Source: Candidatus Latescibacterota bacterium (GTDB taxonomy: Bacteria; Latescibacterota; UBA2968; UBA8231). From it: a stretch of 64,000 nt of DNA. Under the pieces are notes generated by a model. It searched no databases. It worked only from the letters and a program-made list of their open reading frames with translations, and was not told the origin of the DNA. The position numbers and the translations under genes were made by a program. Location of the stretch: assembly GCA_965261395.1 (NCBI GenBank), contig OZ253462.1, forward strand, positions 1,504,001-1,568,000, written 5' to 3'. Positions 43,150 to 53,401 of this stretch are shown one piece after another. Positions within the stretch are counted from its first letter, which is position 1. Each line of letters opens with the position of its first letter.

Positions 43150-44504
43150 CGTCCACTCATAAATCTCGCCGCATCTGGTTTTGCCAGACAGAATATGTGG
43201 CCCAGCATCCCGAGTCCCTGCAAAAGCTCAAGGACGCTGTCGGCCTGACGACGATTATGCCCGAAAGTCCGGTGTGCCATACCTCGGGTTTTAGCGCCTC
43301 GGCGGAGTTGGCCAAGCGGGGGCCTTTTGAGGACTGGCGTCAGCGCATTGATGCTTGGCCGAGCGGTTCGGAGGGCATCTACCCACCAGTGGCGGGGATT
43401 ATCAGTGGCTTTGACGATGCGCCCTTGCAGCGCGTCATCGAAGCGTGCAAAAGCACGGGGATCGAGGTGTGGGGGCACATCGGCTTGTGGAGCTACGGCG
43501 GCGAGGTCTATCCCGAATTTGCCCTGCGCGATTTGGAGGGGCGGCCATTGGATCGGCGCTATCAGGAGTGGGGCATTGGCCTGTGTCCGAGCCGCAAGGC
43601 AATCAACGAGTGGACGCGCGACTGCTTGGTCGAAGCGGTGCAGCGCTACGCTATTGACGGCTTTGACGTGGACCACGCCCGCTATCCGGCTCCGGCCAAT
43701 GTACACAGTCTGATGGCCTGCGGCTGTGCTAGCTGCCAAGACGAAGCCGCCCGCTTGGGCTACGATTTCGCGGCCATGCGGCGCAGCGTACTGGCTCTGC
43801 GCCAGCGCCTAGCGCAATTGACTTTGGCCGAAGTGCGGGCTTTGGCTGTGGGGCGTCCGGGTTTGATGGAATTTTTGGGCTTGTTGGCTCAGGATGGGGC
43901 CGTGCTCGATTGGGTGCAGTTTCGCGCCCATATACTGGCCGAGCGCATGGGGGAATTTCGCGCGGCCGTGCAGGAGACCAGGGGGCGCGATAAGGTCTTT
44001 GGCAGCGATGTGTTTCCCGCCTCCACAGGGCTGTTGGGCGGGCATTGGTACGGCAAGTGGGAAGAGGCGACGGATTTTCTCACCGGGGGGAGTTCGCACG
44101 GAGGCGTGGTGGGTTGGGCGACCGGGGTGACCAACTTGGCGCGGGAGTGGACTGCGGCTTTGTGTCGGCACGCTCAAGGGCTGGACGAACGCGAGGTATT
44201 GGCTCTGGTGTGGCGCATGTTCGGGGTGGAGGATCTGGATTTGCCGGAGACTACGGCGGGGGTGGCGGAAGGACCTTTGCCGATCGCCGCCCTATACGAG
44301 CGGGAAGTGGCTCGCTTAAAAGCGCAGACTAGTGGGACGGTGCCGCTGTATCCGCCCCTTTCAGCGGGAGCGGCCCCCGAGTTGGTTCGAGCTTTGGGTG
44401 AGGCGGTGGCCGGGCACGGGTGCGACGGGTGTTTGTTTACGGTCAATGCCGAGGACGAGGAGCAGGTGCGGGTATTGGGGGAGGCTTTGGCGGGCGTGGG
44501 GTGA
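43146..44504 (+). CDS. Hypothetical glycoside-hydrolase-like TIM-barrel protein
   Basis: ATG at 43146; LCPS, YAIDGFDVDHARYP, CGCASC pattern like GHL/DUF187 proteins. Confidence 0.45.
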   Translation: MTSTHKSRRIWFCQTEYVAQHPESLQKLKDAVGLTTIMPESPVCHTSGFSASAELAKRGPFEDWRQRIDAWPSGSEGIYPPVAGIISGFDDAPLQRVIEACKSTGIEVWGHIGLWSYGGEVYPEFALRDLEGRPLDRRYQEWGIGLCPSRKAINEWTRDCLVEAVQRYAIDGFDVDHARYPAPANVHSLMACGCASCQDEAARLGYDFAAMRRSVLALRQRLAQLTLAEVRALAVGRPGLMEFLGLLAQDGAVLDWVQFRAHILAERMGEFRAAVQETRGRDKVFGSDVFPASTGLLGGHWYGKWEEATDFLTGGSSHGGVVGWATGVTNLAREWTAALCRHAQGLDEREVLALVWRMFGVEDLDLPETTAGVAEGPLPIAALYEREVARLKAQTSGTVPLYPPLSAGAAPELVRALGEAVAGHGCDGCLFTVNAEDEEQVRVLGEALAGVG

Positions 44505-44564
44505 GTTGGAAGTACAGGACCATAGCTTTTATTAGGGAATTATATACTTAAGTAGGCACTGCTA

Positions 44565-44780
44565 TTAGTCTTGGCTTTTCCATTCAGAAACACACGCGAT
44601 CCGCCCGTTCTTATTTTCATATACCCAACGGCCCGGCTCATCAGAAAGTATCCAGTTACATAAGGAGTCGTTGAAGGCTTGATCATTTAATTGATTCCCG
44701 TCCATACCTATGTACATATCTTCTGCTTTGGTCTGTCCCACAACGAGAACGAAGCAACCGTGTTGATAGGTCTGATCCAT
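44565..44780 (-). CDS. Small hypothetical ORF or gene fragment in a low-GC patch
   Basis: 71-aa ORF, no recognisable motif. Confidence 0.25.
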   Translation of the reverse strand: MDQTYQHGCFVLVVGQTKAEDMYIGMDGNQLNDQAFNDSLCNWILSDEPGRWVYENKNGRIACVSEWKSQD

Positions 44781-44854
44781 TTTCAGACTTCCAGCATTTC
44801 CTGTAATTTCCGGTTTAGCTGGACAATTTTTGCTTAGTTAGATATATAATTCCC

Positions 44855-44871
44855 CTTGTAAAGTGGTGGGC
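44855..44871 (-). repeat. att-like copy of the tRNA-Val 3' end (17 bp)
   Basis: CTTGTAAAGTGGTGGGC is identical to 51577-51593. Confidence 0.85.
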
Positions 44872-44890
44872 CGAGTGCATCCCTATTTCA

Positions 44891-45799
44891 TTAGCGCAAT
44901 TGACTGTCCAGATGTCTCTTGATCTGGCCCCAAGAGGTGGACCTTACCGCAGTCTCATCCGCTTCCAGCAAAATCCAGTCGGGATGATACTGGCCCTTCT
45001 GGCCTGCCTGGGGTTGAGCACCAATCATGACCATTCCATGTTTCAACCCACCTTCTCCGTCGCCGTCGCCAACTCGCGCCCCAAAGTGAATAATCTTATC
45101 GGGTTGGAGGATATGCCTTACGCTTGTCTCCGGGCTTGTACTATGAATATCCCATAAAGCAGCGCGGAACTCTATGGTCCAGGTAATATTGGTCGATAGA
45201 TGACCGGCCCCTGCCGGCAGCAACGTCCAGGCGACTTCGAACCACTCTGTGGGCTCGCCATTGTACAGGTCCGAACTCCAGCCTATTTCCGGGAGGTCGA
45301 TATACTCAAGCAGGCTATTGTAGGCTACCGGCTGGCCGGGAAGCGGCTTGACGCGGAGATGGTAGCGCTGCCCATTGTAAACCTGGTCGAGATTTTCCCC
45401 TAAGAAGTTCCCGCTTGAGTGGTCGGCGTCAATGTAGATTTGCAGATGGTCATCGCTCCACCAGCGTTTCTGATCCTCCTCGACGATACGCAGGGTATCG
45501 TCCTGAACTCTGATGAAGAAATATACTCGATTGTCCGGCGGCGCACTCCACCCAGCGAACCAAGAGAAATCTAAGTCGTCCCTTTGAACATCCCCTTCAC
45601 GCATGTCCCACGTCTGCTCCAACCCTATCTTGAAATCCTCCTCCATCCAGCCCCAATCGTCCTCGTTTCCATCGATCGTAATCGCGCTGGGGTCGGGCAC
45701 CTGGGGCATGAAGTATTCTACATTTGTATGCCCTGAGACCGACGTGTTTAGTCCGAGGGACAGCGCGCACCCTAAAAGCATCAACGTGAATTTCTTCAT
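44891..45799 (-). CDS. Secreted CBM9/DOMON-like protein with an SWGQIK tail
   Basis: Signal peptide, ITIDGNEDDW, VQDD, DHLQIYIDAD; C-terminus ETAVRSTSWGQIK. Confidence 0.65.
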   Translation of the reverse strand: MKKFTLMLLGCALSLGLNTSVSGHTNVEYFMPQVPDPSAITIDGNEDDWGWMEEDFKIGLEQTWDMREGDVQRDDLDFSWFAGWSAPPDNRVYFFIRVQDDTLRIVEEDQKRWWSDDHLQIYIDADHSSGNFLGENLDQVYNGQRYHLRVKPLPGQPVAYNSLLEYIDLPEIGWSSDLYNGEPTEWFEVAWTLLPAGAGHLSTNITWTIEFRAALWDIHSTSPETSVRHILQPDKIIHFGARVGDGDGEGGLKHGMVMIGAQPQAGQKGQYHPDWILLEADETAVRSTSWGQIKRHLDSQLR

Positions 45800-46000
45800 T
45801 AGTAGTATGTCCTCCTAATGTAGAGTGTTAGAGACTATTTATTACTTCCTCCACGTGAATCCACCTCAAGCTCTTGCGCAGGGGCCTCCTTTCAGGCAAT
45901 AAATCAGGAATGTTTACATTTACCTAGCAAGTTAACTCTACATTCCCAATTTGACAAGTGAATATTCCTATGCTTTGGAACGAGTTTGATACCCTACACA

Positions 46001-48001
46001 TCATCCCCAGAAGATCACATTGCCGATCATTCCGGTGAAGTGATCGATGATGAGATAGAAGCCTCCCGGTGAGATGTGTCCCAGGATCATGCCAAAGAAA
46101 AAGGGACGGGTTTTCATGTAGAGTCCCACCCCCCCATACTTGAGTACCAGCACCTTGATTAGCCAGGCCAAAAACATGTTGAACCACAGGGCGGTCATGA
46201 TCCATATCGGACCGATCGGATACCCCAGGGGATGGAGCGGCCACCACACATAGCGCCAGCGGGCGATCATCAAGCCCGACATGATCACGGCCCCGATCCC
46301 AGTGTTGATCCAGCCCCACAGGTGCGGCGCTTTCGGCGAGTGAATCAAATTCCCCATGTAGTCGTAGGCGTCCCTCTGCGACCATATCTTCAGATTGAGA
46401 GCCCCGTACTCGTGGCTGAGGATCATGATCACCCAGACCGACCCGGCCAAGGCCACCACCACACCTAGGACCAAAGCCCAGAACAGCGGCCGTTTGTCGC
46501 TTTCCAACTCCTCCCCCAACCTGAGGCCGTTAGCGCACGAAGTCATCACAAAACTGCGCACTCCGGCCGTCCAGAAATAGGTTGTCGCCAAAATGACCAA
46601 GCCCTGCGACCCCACCGCCGACGAGCCCACCGCCGACACTAAGATGCCGGCTGGCACTACCGGCGGCGCGCCATCCGACAGCCCGCCCTCGGCCACCACC
46701 CGGGTGTAGCCGTAGATAATCACTGCCGCTAAGCAGAGCAAGCTCAGCGCCACCCACAAAGGCATGCCCGCCAGCCACAACCATCCCACCAGTACTAGGT
46801 TGCCGGTAATCAGGACAATCACCGCCGTCCGATAGGAGAGGACCTCTCCGGAATCATCCACCGTCGGATCCCCAGTAAAGGCCTTGCGGAAAACCTCCTT
46901 CAGATGCTTGCGTGCCGTCCACAGGCCGCCTAAAAACAGCACCAGCATCGCCCCCATCGACTGGTGTGCCAGAATCGGATCCTGTACCGCGTGACCGCCT
47001 CCGAGGGTCTCCGAGCTAGTGATACCAAAGACTCCGAAAATTCCCCGCACTATGTTGAACAACAGGTTGAAAAACCACAGGCTGAAGGCGACCTCCGTCT
47101 TGAGGAAGTAGAAAAATCCCAGGATATTGGGCCGCAACTTGATGTGCAACTCCGAAGTGTCGCGAAAGATGGGCACGATCAAACGGACCATGTCTATGTC
47201 CTCGGCGATGAGGAACACATCCGGGAAGTAGTTGTAGAGCCCGTGCAGCGTACCCCAGAGAAACGGTACTGCAAAGCCGGCCCACATCACCGGATTCTTA
47301 AAGAAAGGGGGGATGCGCTCGCTCTCCCCGCCTTGCTCGGTCATGGCCAGGGGCACCTGTACCAAGGGATAGACCAACCGTTCGTTCTCGACCCACTGCT
47401 TGCGCAGCACGACCATGCTGGCAATCATCACCAAAAACAGCGCCCAGACGAAAGGGGTCCAAGCCAAAAACGTCGGCACCCAAGCTTCCCAGGGAATCGG
47501 CTGCCCTTGCTCTACCCCTTCGTAGAACGGGTTCAGGACCTTGGCGTCGTGCGGCATCAACCAGTGGGGTATGTATGACTGGATCAGGTTGCGCCAATCG
47601 TTCTCGGGGGTGGCGTAGTAGAAGGGCGCGGTGATCTGGGAGAGGAAGCGGGCGCAGAAGAGGGTGGGAATCGGGGAGGCCATGACCATCATGATGTAGA
47701 TCACCAGCAGTTCCTGCTGGTTCAGGCCCGCCCGCGGATGGACCAGTCTGAGCAAGGGATTCACCAAGCCGGTGAGGAGAGCCAGAAGGAACACTGCGCC
47801 CACCGTGCTGGTCCCCAAGGCCATGAACGACCCCTGCAGGTAGAGGGTCCCATATGTAGACCCAGCTGAGACGAAGAAGGCGAAGACGCAGCCCAGCAGG
47901 AACGCCCTGAGCGTGAACGCCGAGGTCTCTAAAGGGGGGGGAACTTCAGTGCCACGGCTCCCAGACATCCCTTTCGTGGAACGAAAGCCCAGCGACATCA
48001 C
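46001..48001 (-). CDS. DUF6785/DUF6784-like polytopic membrane protein (putative transporter)
   Basis: Many TM helices; LRKQWVENERLVYPL and WWPLHPLGY motifs. Confidence 0.75.
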   Translation of the reverse strand: MMSLGFRSTKGMSGSRGTEVPPPLETSAFTLRAFLLGCVFAFFVSAGSTYGTLYLQGSFMALGTSTVGAVFLLALLTGLVNPLLRLVHPRAGLNQQELLVIYIMMVMASPIPTLFCARFLSQITAPFYYATPENDWRNLIQSYIPHWLMPHDAKVLNPFYEGVEQGQPIPWEAWVPTFLAWTPFVWALFLVMIASMVVLRKQWVENERLVYPLVQVPLAMTEQGGESERIPPFFKNPVMWAGFAVPFLWGTLHGLYNYFPDVFLIAEDIDMVRLIVPIFRDTSELHIKLRPNILGFFYFLKTEVAFSLWFFNLLFNIVRGIFGVFGITSSETLGGGHAVQDPILAHQSMGAMLVLFLGGLWTARKHLKEVFRKAFTGDPTVDDSGEVLSYRTAVIVLITGNLVLVGWLWLAGMPLWVALSLLCLAAVIIYGYTRVVAEGGLSDGAPPVVPAGILVSAVGSSAVGSQGLVILATTYFWTAGVRSFVMTSCANGLRLGEELESDKRPLFWALVLGVVVALAGSVWVIMILSHEYGALNLKIWSQRDAYDYMGNLIHSPKAPHLWGWINTGIGAVIMSGLMIARWRYVWWPLHPLGYPIGPIWIMTALWFNMFLAWLIKVLVLKYGGVGLYMKTRPFFFGMILGHISPGGFYLIIDHFTGMIGNVIFWG

Positions 48002-48036
48002 CCTCTCACGGTTCCTCTGTTATCCGACCGCCAGAT

Positions 48037-49608
48037 TCATCGACGGCGACGGGAAGCTCTGCGCTGCTGCGGGCAGTCACTGAAGTCCCGGCGCGGGTCC
48101 TGGCTGACCACATCTGGATAATAGAGCGGTTGGTCTGCTTCTACTAGCATCCCGTCTCCACGCATGATCTGGTTAGACGTTCGGGGCTTTATCCGGCTCG
48201 GATACTGCTTGCGATATTGCGCGCTTTCCCGCCTAGTCGACTCGATGGCTTTCTCAAAGTCAAAGCCATCGAAGAGCGCGGACCTGAGTTTCTCCAGTTC
48301 GGCGGCCATCTCCCCTGTGGCGCGGCCTACCAGATTGCGCTGCTCGTCCGGATCGTCCATCAGGTCGAAGGCCAGATCCTCGCAGGCACGGAAGGCGATG
48401 TACTTGTAGCGCTGCGAGCGGATCATGCGGTATCCTTTGCCCAAGTGCCCGACGATGACGCCGGGGCGCGCTGCCAGAGCCGGGCAGGCATCGCCCCGCA
48501 CCGCCGGTGCCAGGTCGATACCGTCTAGATCGTCGAGCAGGGGCGCATCGGTCAGGCCACAGAGCGTGGGGAAGATATCGGCCAGGCTCACCGGCGCGGC
48601 GATTTCAGCCGGCGAGAGCTGACCCCTGCGATGCTCCGGCAGGGAGACGATCAGCGGCACCCGAACAGAAGCTTCGTGCCAAGTCTGTTTCCACCACAGG
48701 CCGTGCTCTCCAGCCAGTTCGCCGTGGTCCGAGGTGTAGACGATGACGGTATTGTCGAGCAGCCCGTCGCGCTCCAGGACCGCTAAAAAGTCCCCTATGA
48801 TCTCGTCCAACTGGTCTACGCAGGCAATGTATGCCGCCCGGGCGCGCAGGGTCTGCTCCGCAGTGATCTCTTCGGCGGGATGACCCTGAGACTCGCCGCC
48901 ATCCGACCTCAGAGCTTCCAAGGTCATGGGGTGGTCCTGGGCGTCCCCGCTGCGGCCCACCCGCGGTGGGGTGACCCCTTCGGGGTAGTAGCGCTCGAAA
49001 AAGCGGCGGGGTGCGTTCATCGGGAAGTGCGGGTGGACGAACGAGGTGTACATCAACCAAGGCTGGTCCGGGTGGGCGTGGCGGTGTTCGCGCAGCCAAG
49101 CCGTGGCCTCGCGCACGACAAACTGCTCCTGGAGCAGGGATTCGGGGATATCGCTGAGACCAGCATCCTCGATGATGGAGGGCATGAAGATGTGATCCTG
49201 GATCCCGGGCAGAAAAAGTGGGTCTTTCTGATGGCCTGGCGAGGGCGCGTCAAAGTCGCCGTAGGGGCGGGCCCCGAAGCCGGCGTACTGCCGGGAGCCC
49301 TGCAGGTGCATCTTGCCGACGGCGGCCGTGGCGTAGCCGTGCTGCCCCAGGTGCGAAGCAAAGGTAGGGGTTTCGGGCCACAGGACCGGGCAGCGGTGCG
49401 GGTGCCGGCCGGACAGCATCGACATTCGGCTGGGCGTACACAGGGGCATCTGGCAATAGGCGGTTTCGAAGTGGACGCCCTGCTGGATGAGGCGATCGAG
49501 CGTCGGAGTGCGGCAGGGTTCGCCGCCGCGCTCCGGAGAGCGAGCCGAGAGGAAGCGAAAACTGTGTTCATCGCTGAGGAGAAAGAGGATATTGGGGCGC
49601 TTGGGCAT
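48037..49608 (-). CDS. Sulfatase (choline-sulfatase-like)
   Basis: PNILFLLSDEH, CTPSRMSMLSG formylglycine motif, GKMH, SDHGE. Confidence 0.9.
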   Translation of the reverse strand: MPKRPNILFLLSDEHSFRFLSARSPERGGEPCRTPTLDRLIQQGVHFETAYCQMPLCTPSRMSMLSGRHPHRCPVLWPETPTFASHLGQHGYATAAVGKMHLQGSRQYAGFGARPYGDFDAPSPGHQKDPLFLPGIQDHIFMPSIIEDAGLSDIPESLLQEQFVVREATAWLREHRHAHPDQPWLMYTSFVHPHFPMNAPRRFFERYYPEGVTPPRVGRSGDAQDHPMTLEALRSDGGESQGHPAEEITAEQTLRARAAYIACVDQLDEIIGDFLAVLERDGLLDNTVIVYTSDHGELAGEHGLWWKQTWHEASVRVPLIVSLPEHRRGQLSPAEIAAPVSLADIFPTLCGLTDAPLLDDLDGIDLAPAVRGDACPALAARPGVIVGHLGKGYRMIRSQRYKYIAFRACEDLAFDLMDDPDEQRNLVGRATGEMAAELEKLRSALFDGFDFEKAIESTRRESAQYRKQYPSRIKPRTSNQIMRGDGMLVEADQPLYYPDVVSQDPRRDFSDCPQQRRASRRRR

Positions 49609-49859
49609 GGGTATAGCTCCTGTAGAAGTTAGATCATCGCTTGGGCAAAACTCCATTTTCTCAGGGTGTAATAGCGCAAAAAATATTTCGCACCGCCGAC
49701 ACCCATAAATGGATGCGCCGATTTATTCTTTCCGCTTTCCAGCGGTTGAATAAGAGAGTGTGCAAAGATTTCGGTAGCGGCCACTGGTAGTGCAGAGCCG
49801 CAACAGCTCAAACCTTACAGAGACTCCGAACCACCAATCTACAAGAGTTCACTCGGCGG

Positions 49860-51353
49860 CTATTCCGTCAATAGCTCGGGCGCGACGCCTGCTCCGGCAT
49901 TGGGGTCGGCGCCCTCTTTGGCCCGGTCCAAAAGCTCGGACAGTTCCCCGACCACCCCAGGGTATTCCCCATAGCGGTTGTGCCGCTCCGAAATGTCGTC
50001 TCTCAAGTTGAAAAGCTCTCCCGGAAAATCATGGTCTGCGTAGCCGCGTTCCTCTCTGTACCAATCCGGCTCCCGGGCGTCGCCGCCGCTGGGGGCATCA
50101 ATGAAGACCCAGTCGCCGCAGCGGATGGCGAACTTGCCGTTGAGGCTGTGATGCACGGCAAAGCGGCGGGTCGGTGGCGTGGCGTCCCCGTGTAACAGGA
50201 GAGGCAGCATACTGACGCTGTCTTCACCGGCATCCGACGGCAGCGGGACCCCTAGTATTTCTGCACAGGTCGCCATCAGATCGCTAAGGCTGAATAGCTG
50301 GCTGCACACTTTGCCAGTCGGCACCTTTCCCGGCCAGCGGGCGATGAAGGGGACGCGATGGCCGCCCTCCCAAGCATCGTACTTGATGCCGCGGAGATGG
50401 CCGTTACTAAAGTGGCGGTAATCGGGCATGATAGAGCTGTAGGCGAAGACTTCGGGGCCGTTATCGCTGGCGAAGATGAGTAGGGTGTCTTCGGCGATAC
50501 CTTTGCGATCGAGCGCCTCCACGACTTGGCCGACGCACCAGTCCACTTCGCAGACGAAGTCCCCGTACTCGCCGGCCTGACTCATGCCGCGAAACTGCTC
50601 GGTGGGCACGATGGGGGTGTGGGGGGCGGTCATGGGGAAGTAAAGAAAAAAGGGAGCTTCCCCCGACTCCTCAATGTAGCGCACCACGCGCCGGGTCAAC
50701 TCGGGTATCACCTCCTCTAGACTCCATCCGGGAGCCATGGCACCGGGACGACACGTGGATGGATACGGCAAGCCTTCTATGTCTTCCGGCTTTTCCTCCG
50801 TTGGCTGCACCTGCACGCGGTCCTGTTCGAGCCAAGTATAGGGTGGGAAATTGGGCAGGTCCTGTCCGAAGTAGTAGTCGAAGCCCCGGTCAACAGGCCC
50901 GCCTTTGATGGGCCGGGTGAAGTCGATGTTCTTGCCCAATTCGATCCGTGCTTGGTCGTAGACTCCCAGTTCCACCCCCTTGTTGGCCGGTCCTGCGTCC
51001 ATAGTGGGCCAGTCCCAGCCTAGGTGCCACTTTCCGATGCAGGCGGTTCGGTAGCCCTGTTCGCGGAGGAAGCCGGCCACCGTCGGCCGGTCCGGCTCGA
51101 TCAGCGCCGGGTCCCACTCCCAAAGTACCCCCTGTTTCAAGGGCGAGCGCCAGCAGTAGCGGCCGGTAAGCAGAGCGTAGCGGCTGGGAGTGCAGATACT
51201 GGAGGGGGCGTGGACGTCGGTAAAGCGCATGCCTTGGGTGGCCAGCCGGTCCAAGTTGGGGGTCGGTATTCTAGAATCGGGGTTGTTGCAGGCCATGTCT
51301 CCGTAGCCCATGTCGTCCGCAAAAATGTAGACGATGTTGGGGGGGGATTTCAC
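49860..51353 (-). CDS. Arylsulfatase
   Basis: GTG start; PNIVYIFADDMGYGD, CTPSRYALLTG, GKWHLG, SDNG, EGGHRVP. Confidence 0.9.
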   Translation of the reverse strand: MKSPPNIVYIFADDMGYGDMACNNPDSRIPTPNLDRLATQGMRFTDVHAPSSICTPSRYALLTGRYCWRSPLKQGVLWEWDPALIEPDRPTVAGFLREQGYRTACIGKWHLGWDWPTMDAGPANKGVELGVYDQARIELGKNIDFTRPIKGGPVDRGFDYYFGQDLPNFPPYTWLEQDRVQVQPTEEKPEDIEGLPYPSTCRPGAMAPGWSLEEVIPELTRRVVRYIEESGEAPFFLYFPMTAPHTPIVPTEQFRGMSQAGEYGDFVCEVDWCVGQVVEALDRKGIAEDTLLIFASDNGPEVFAYSSIMPDYRHFSNGHLRGIKYDAWEGGHRVPFIARWPGKVPTGKVCSQLFSLSDLMATCAEILGVPLPSDAGEDSVSMLPLLLHGDATPPTRRFAVHHSLNGKFAIRCGDWVFIDAPSGGDAREPDWYREERGYADHDFPGELFNLRDDISERHNRYGEYPGVVGELSELLDRAKEGADPNAGAGVAPELLTE

Positions 51354-51451
51354 GATGCGGCCTCGCCCTCGTCTGGGTCTTCGAGGTTGTGGAGGCAGTG
51401 CAACTCGATGCCATCGCATCCGTACTCGGCGAATGTGACAGTCAGTTTCAT
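51350..51451 (-). pseudogene. 33-codon collapsed gene, possibly a sugar-phosphate isomerase/epimerase remnant
   Basis: Strong RBS GAGGAGG; MKLTVTFAEYGCDGIELHC...; its stop overlaps the sulfatase start (GTGA). Confidence 0.4.
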
Positions 51452-51548
51452 GAATACCTCCTCTATCTCGCCTCTTGTAGTGTAGGCTCGATGATCGATG
51501 ATAATGTAAGAAAAATGCAGCCCGAGGCCACGTATGATCTTGATGCGA

Positions 51549-51579
51549 AAAAGTAAAGCCCCTGAGCAATCAGGGGCTT
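51549..51579 (-). terminator. Intrinsic terminator after tRNA-Val
   Basis: AAGCCCCTGA-TTGC-TCAGGGGCTT stem followed by TACTTTTT on the minus strand. Confidence 0.8.
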
Positions 51580-51585
51580 GTAAAG

Positions 51586-51662
51586 TGGTGGGCGATCCCA
51601 GACTCGAACTGGGGACATCCTGCTTGTAAGGCAGGCGCTCTGACCAACTGAGCTAACCGCCC
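51586..51662 (-). tRNA. tRNA-Val(TAC)
   Basis: GGGCGGTTAGCTCAGTTGG...CCTGC-CTTACAA-GCAGG...GTTCGAG...CGCCCACCA cloverleaf with encoded CCA. Confidence 0.97.
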
Positions 51663-51775
51663 GGCCTCTAAGCATAGTTATTCCGACCCTTACACGCAAA
51701 AACGAGCACCGTCCATTTGGCACTGTTGATCTCCTGCCCTAGAATTAGAATTCGCACAATGGACGATGAGAATTA

Positions 51776-52762
51776 GTGAAAAACACCATGACCAATGCCA
51801 CGCACGCCCTACTACTCCCCAACCAAGTTGACGAAGACCTCGCCGCGCACTTTGCCGCGCTCGGCGTTGGCACGATCTCGGCCTATAAGCTCTGGTGCCA
51901 TCGGCACAGCCTGGGCACAGCACTGGACAAAACGCCGCAAGAGCGGGCCACAGAACGGTCGCTTTTCGCCGCGTTGCAGCCCTCGGTAGATCCAGCAGCC
52001 AGCAAAGAGCACGACCCACGCCGCGCTGCGCTGATCAGTCGGCTGTTCAGCGGCGAGCTAGCGGACGAAAAGCTCAACGACCTGCTCTCGCGACTGCGAG
52101 TCGAACGCAACGCGCTGGCCAGCGACCCAGACGCCCAAAAGGCCCTAGGGCGGCTGGTGCTGCACGTCGAAAAATACGGCCACTTGCTGCGGCCCATGCC
52201 AGTGCTCAAGCGCCTCGGTGCCAACCGCGCCAATACCTATATCGCCGCCCTCGGACAGCTAGCGCGGCACCATCTCGACTGGCTGCGCCCAGTGGAGGCG
52301 TGGCGGCCCGATACGGTCAAGGAGCGACCGCAGTTCCAGTCACTGTCGCGGCATCTGCTCGCCCGCTACGAGGTCCCCGCGCCCATGGACACCGCTCTCG
52401 TCTGGACCATCTACGAACTCTGTACCTCGCAGCAGCTCCAGACCGAAGGCCGCATCATGGGCCACTGCGTCTTTTCTTACACCGAGCGGTGCCTTGCTGG
52501 CGACACCTCGATTTGGTCCCTGCGGGCGCTCAACGCCGACGCCGAAGAGGCTCTCGAAAAGCGCGTCCTCACCATCGCCGTTGACAACCGCCAGCGGGCC
52601 GTCACCCAAGCCCGAGGCAAGTTTAACATGGCGCTCAATCAGCGGGAGCGGCTAGAGAAGAGACGCCGGGCGGGATCCTTATACGTGCATCTGTTGCGCG
52701 AATCGGCGCGAATTTTGCGCTTGTGGAGCGATAAGGTGGGGTTGGTGCAGAAAGGCACGTAG
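51776..52762 (+). CDS. PcfJ-like domain protein, probably internally deleted
   Basis: WLRPVEAW, RHLLARYEVP, then directly WTIYEL...EGRIMGHCVFSY...SIWSL...QARGKFN. Confidence 0.6.
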   Translation: MKNTMTNATHALLLPNQVDEDLAAHFAALGVGTISAYKLWCHRHSLGTALDKTPQERATERSLFAALQPSVDPAASKEHDPRRAALISRLFSGELADEKLNDLLSRLRVERNALASDPDAQKALGRLVLHVEKYGHLLRPMPVLKRLGANRANTYIAALGQLARHHLDWLRPVEAWRPDTVKERPQFQSLSRHLLARYEVPAPMDTALVWTIYELCTSQQLQTEGRIMGHCVFSYTERCLAGDTSIWSLRALNADAEEALEKRVLTIAVDNRQRAVTQARGKFNMALNQRERLEKRRRAGSLYVHLLRESARILRLWSDKVGLVQKGT

Positions 52763-52800
52763 GGGCGGCTTGCAAACCGCCCCTACGCACGAGGCGCGAT
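52733..52800. repeat. 68-bp repeat copy 1, containing a GTAG-type REP palindrome
   Basis: GTAGGGGCGG-CTTGCAAA-CCGCCCCTAC at 52759-52786; near-identical to 53402-53469. Confidence 0.85.
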
Positions 52801-52810
52801 GTCAGATCGT

Positions 52811-53383
52811 CTATTCGAGCTTGACCATCTTTCGGGTGCGCAACTGATCGCCCACGCGTAGCTGATACAAATAGGCTCCAGAAGCGACGGGTTGGCCCTT
52901 ATCATCTCGGCCATCCCAAGTCAGCCGGTGTTCGCCCGCCGCCAACGGACCCGACCACACTTGGCGCACAAGCTGTCCCAAGAGGTTGTAGATGGCTACG
53001 TCCACAGCCTCGGCACCGGCAGGCACCGATAGGGGGATGGTCGTGGCCGGATTAAACGGATTGGGATAGTTCGCACCCAAGACAAAGTCCGACGGCGTAG
53101 CCTGCTCAATGGCGACGGCTGTGGGCGGACTGCTCTGGTTGATAAAGACGAAAGCCCCACCAGGAACCCCTAAAGCCCCTAAAGGACCGCCTTCCTCATT
53201 CCGCCCCAGCACGACCAGATCGGCGGCCCCATCGCCGTTGAGGTCGCCGGTATCATCAAGGAACCCCAAGCCGATGCCCGGGCCAAGGGTGAAAAAGTCG
53301 GGTTCTACGAACAACGTGCCGGGCGAGGCAAAAGCCCCGTATGGAGCCGCCAGCAGCAAAATAGCTACGATAAAGCGGTGCAT
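52811..53383 (-). CDS. Short secreted protein: one FG-GAP repeat plus a FlgD-Ig/T9SS-like C-terminal domain
   Basis: Signal peptide MHRFIVAILL, GDLNGDGAADLVV, NYPNPFNPATTI...IYNLLGQLVR...WDGRD...SGAYLY. Confidence 0.8.
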   Translation of the reverse strand: MHRFIVAILLLAAPYGAFASPGTLFVEPDFFTLGPGIGLGFLDDTGDLNGDGAADLVVLGRNEEGGPLGALGVPGGAFVFINQSSPPTAVAIEQATPSDFVLGANYPNPFNPATTIPLSVPAGAEAVDVAIYNLLGQLVRQVWSGPLAAGEHRLTWDGRDDKGQPVASGAYLYQLRVGDQLRTRKMVKLE

Positions 53384-53401
53384 AGTTACCTCCCTAAGTC
53401 G

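Larger units (their letters stand above)
44855..51593. mobile_element. tRNA-Val-integrated genomic islet (~6.7 kb, no integrase)
   Basis: Bounded by an exact 17-bp direct repeat that includes the tRNA CCA end. Confidence 0.7.

Noticed and set aside
45817-45944. 10-bp inverted repeat AATGTAGAGT / ACTCTACATT as a MITE
   Set aside because: Too short, with no target duplication or second copy in the window
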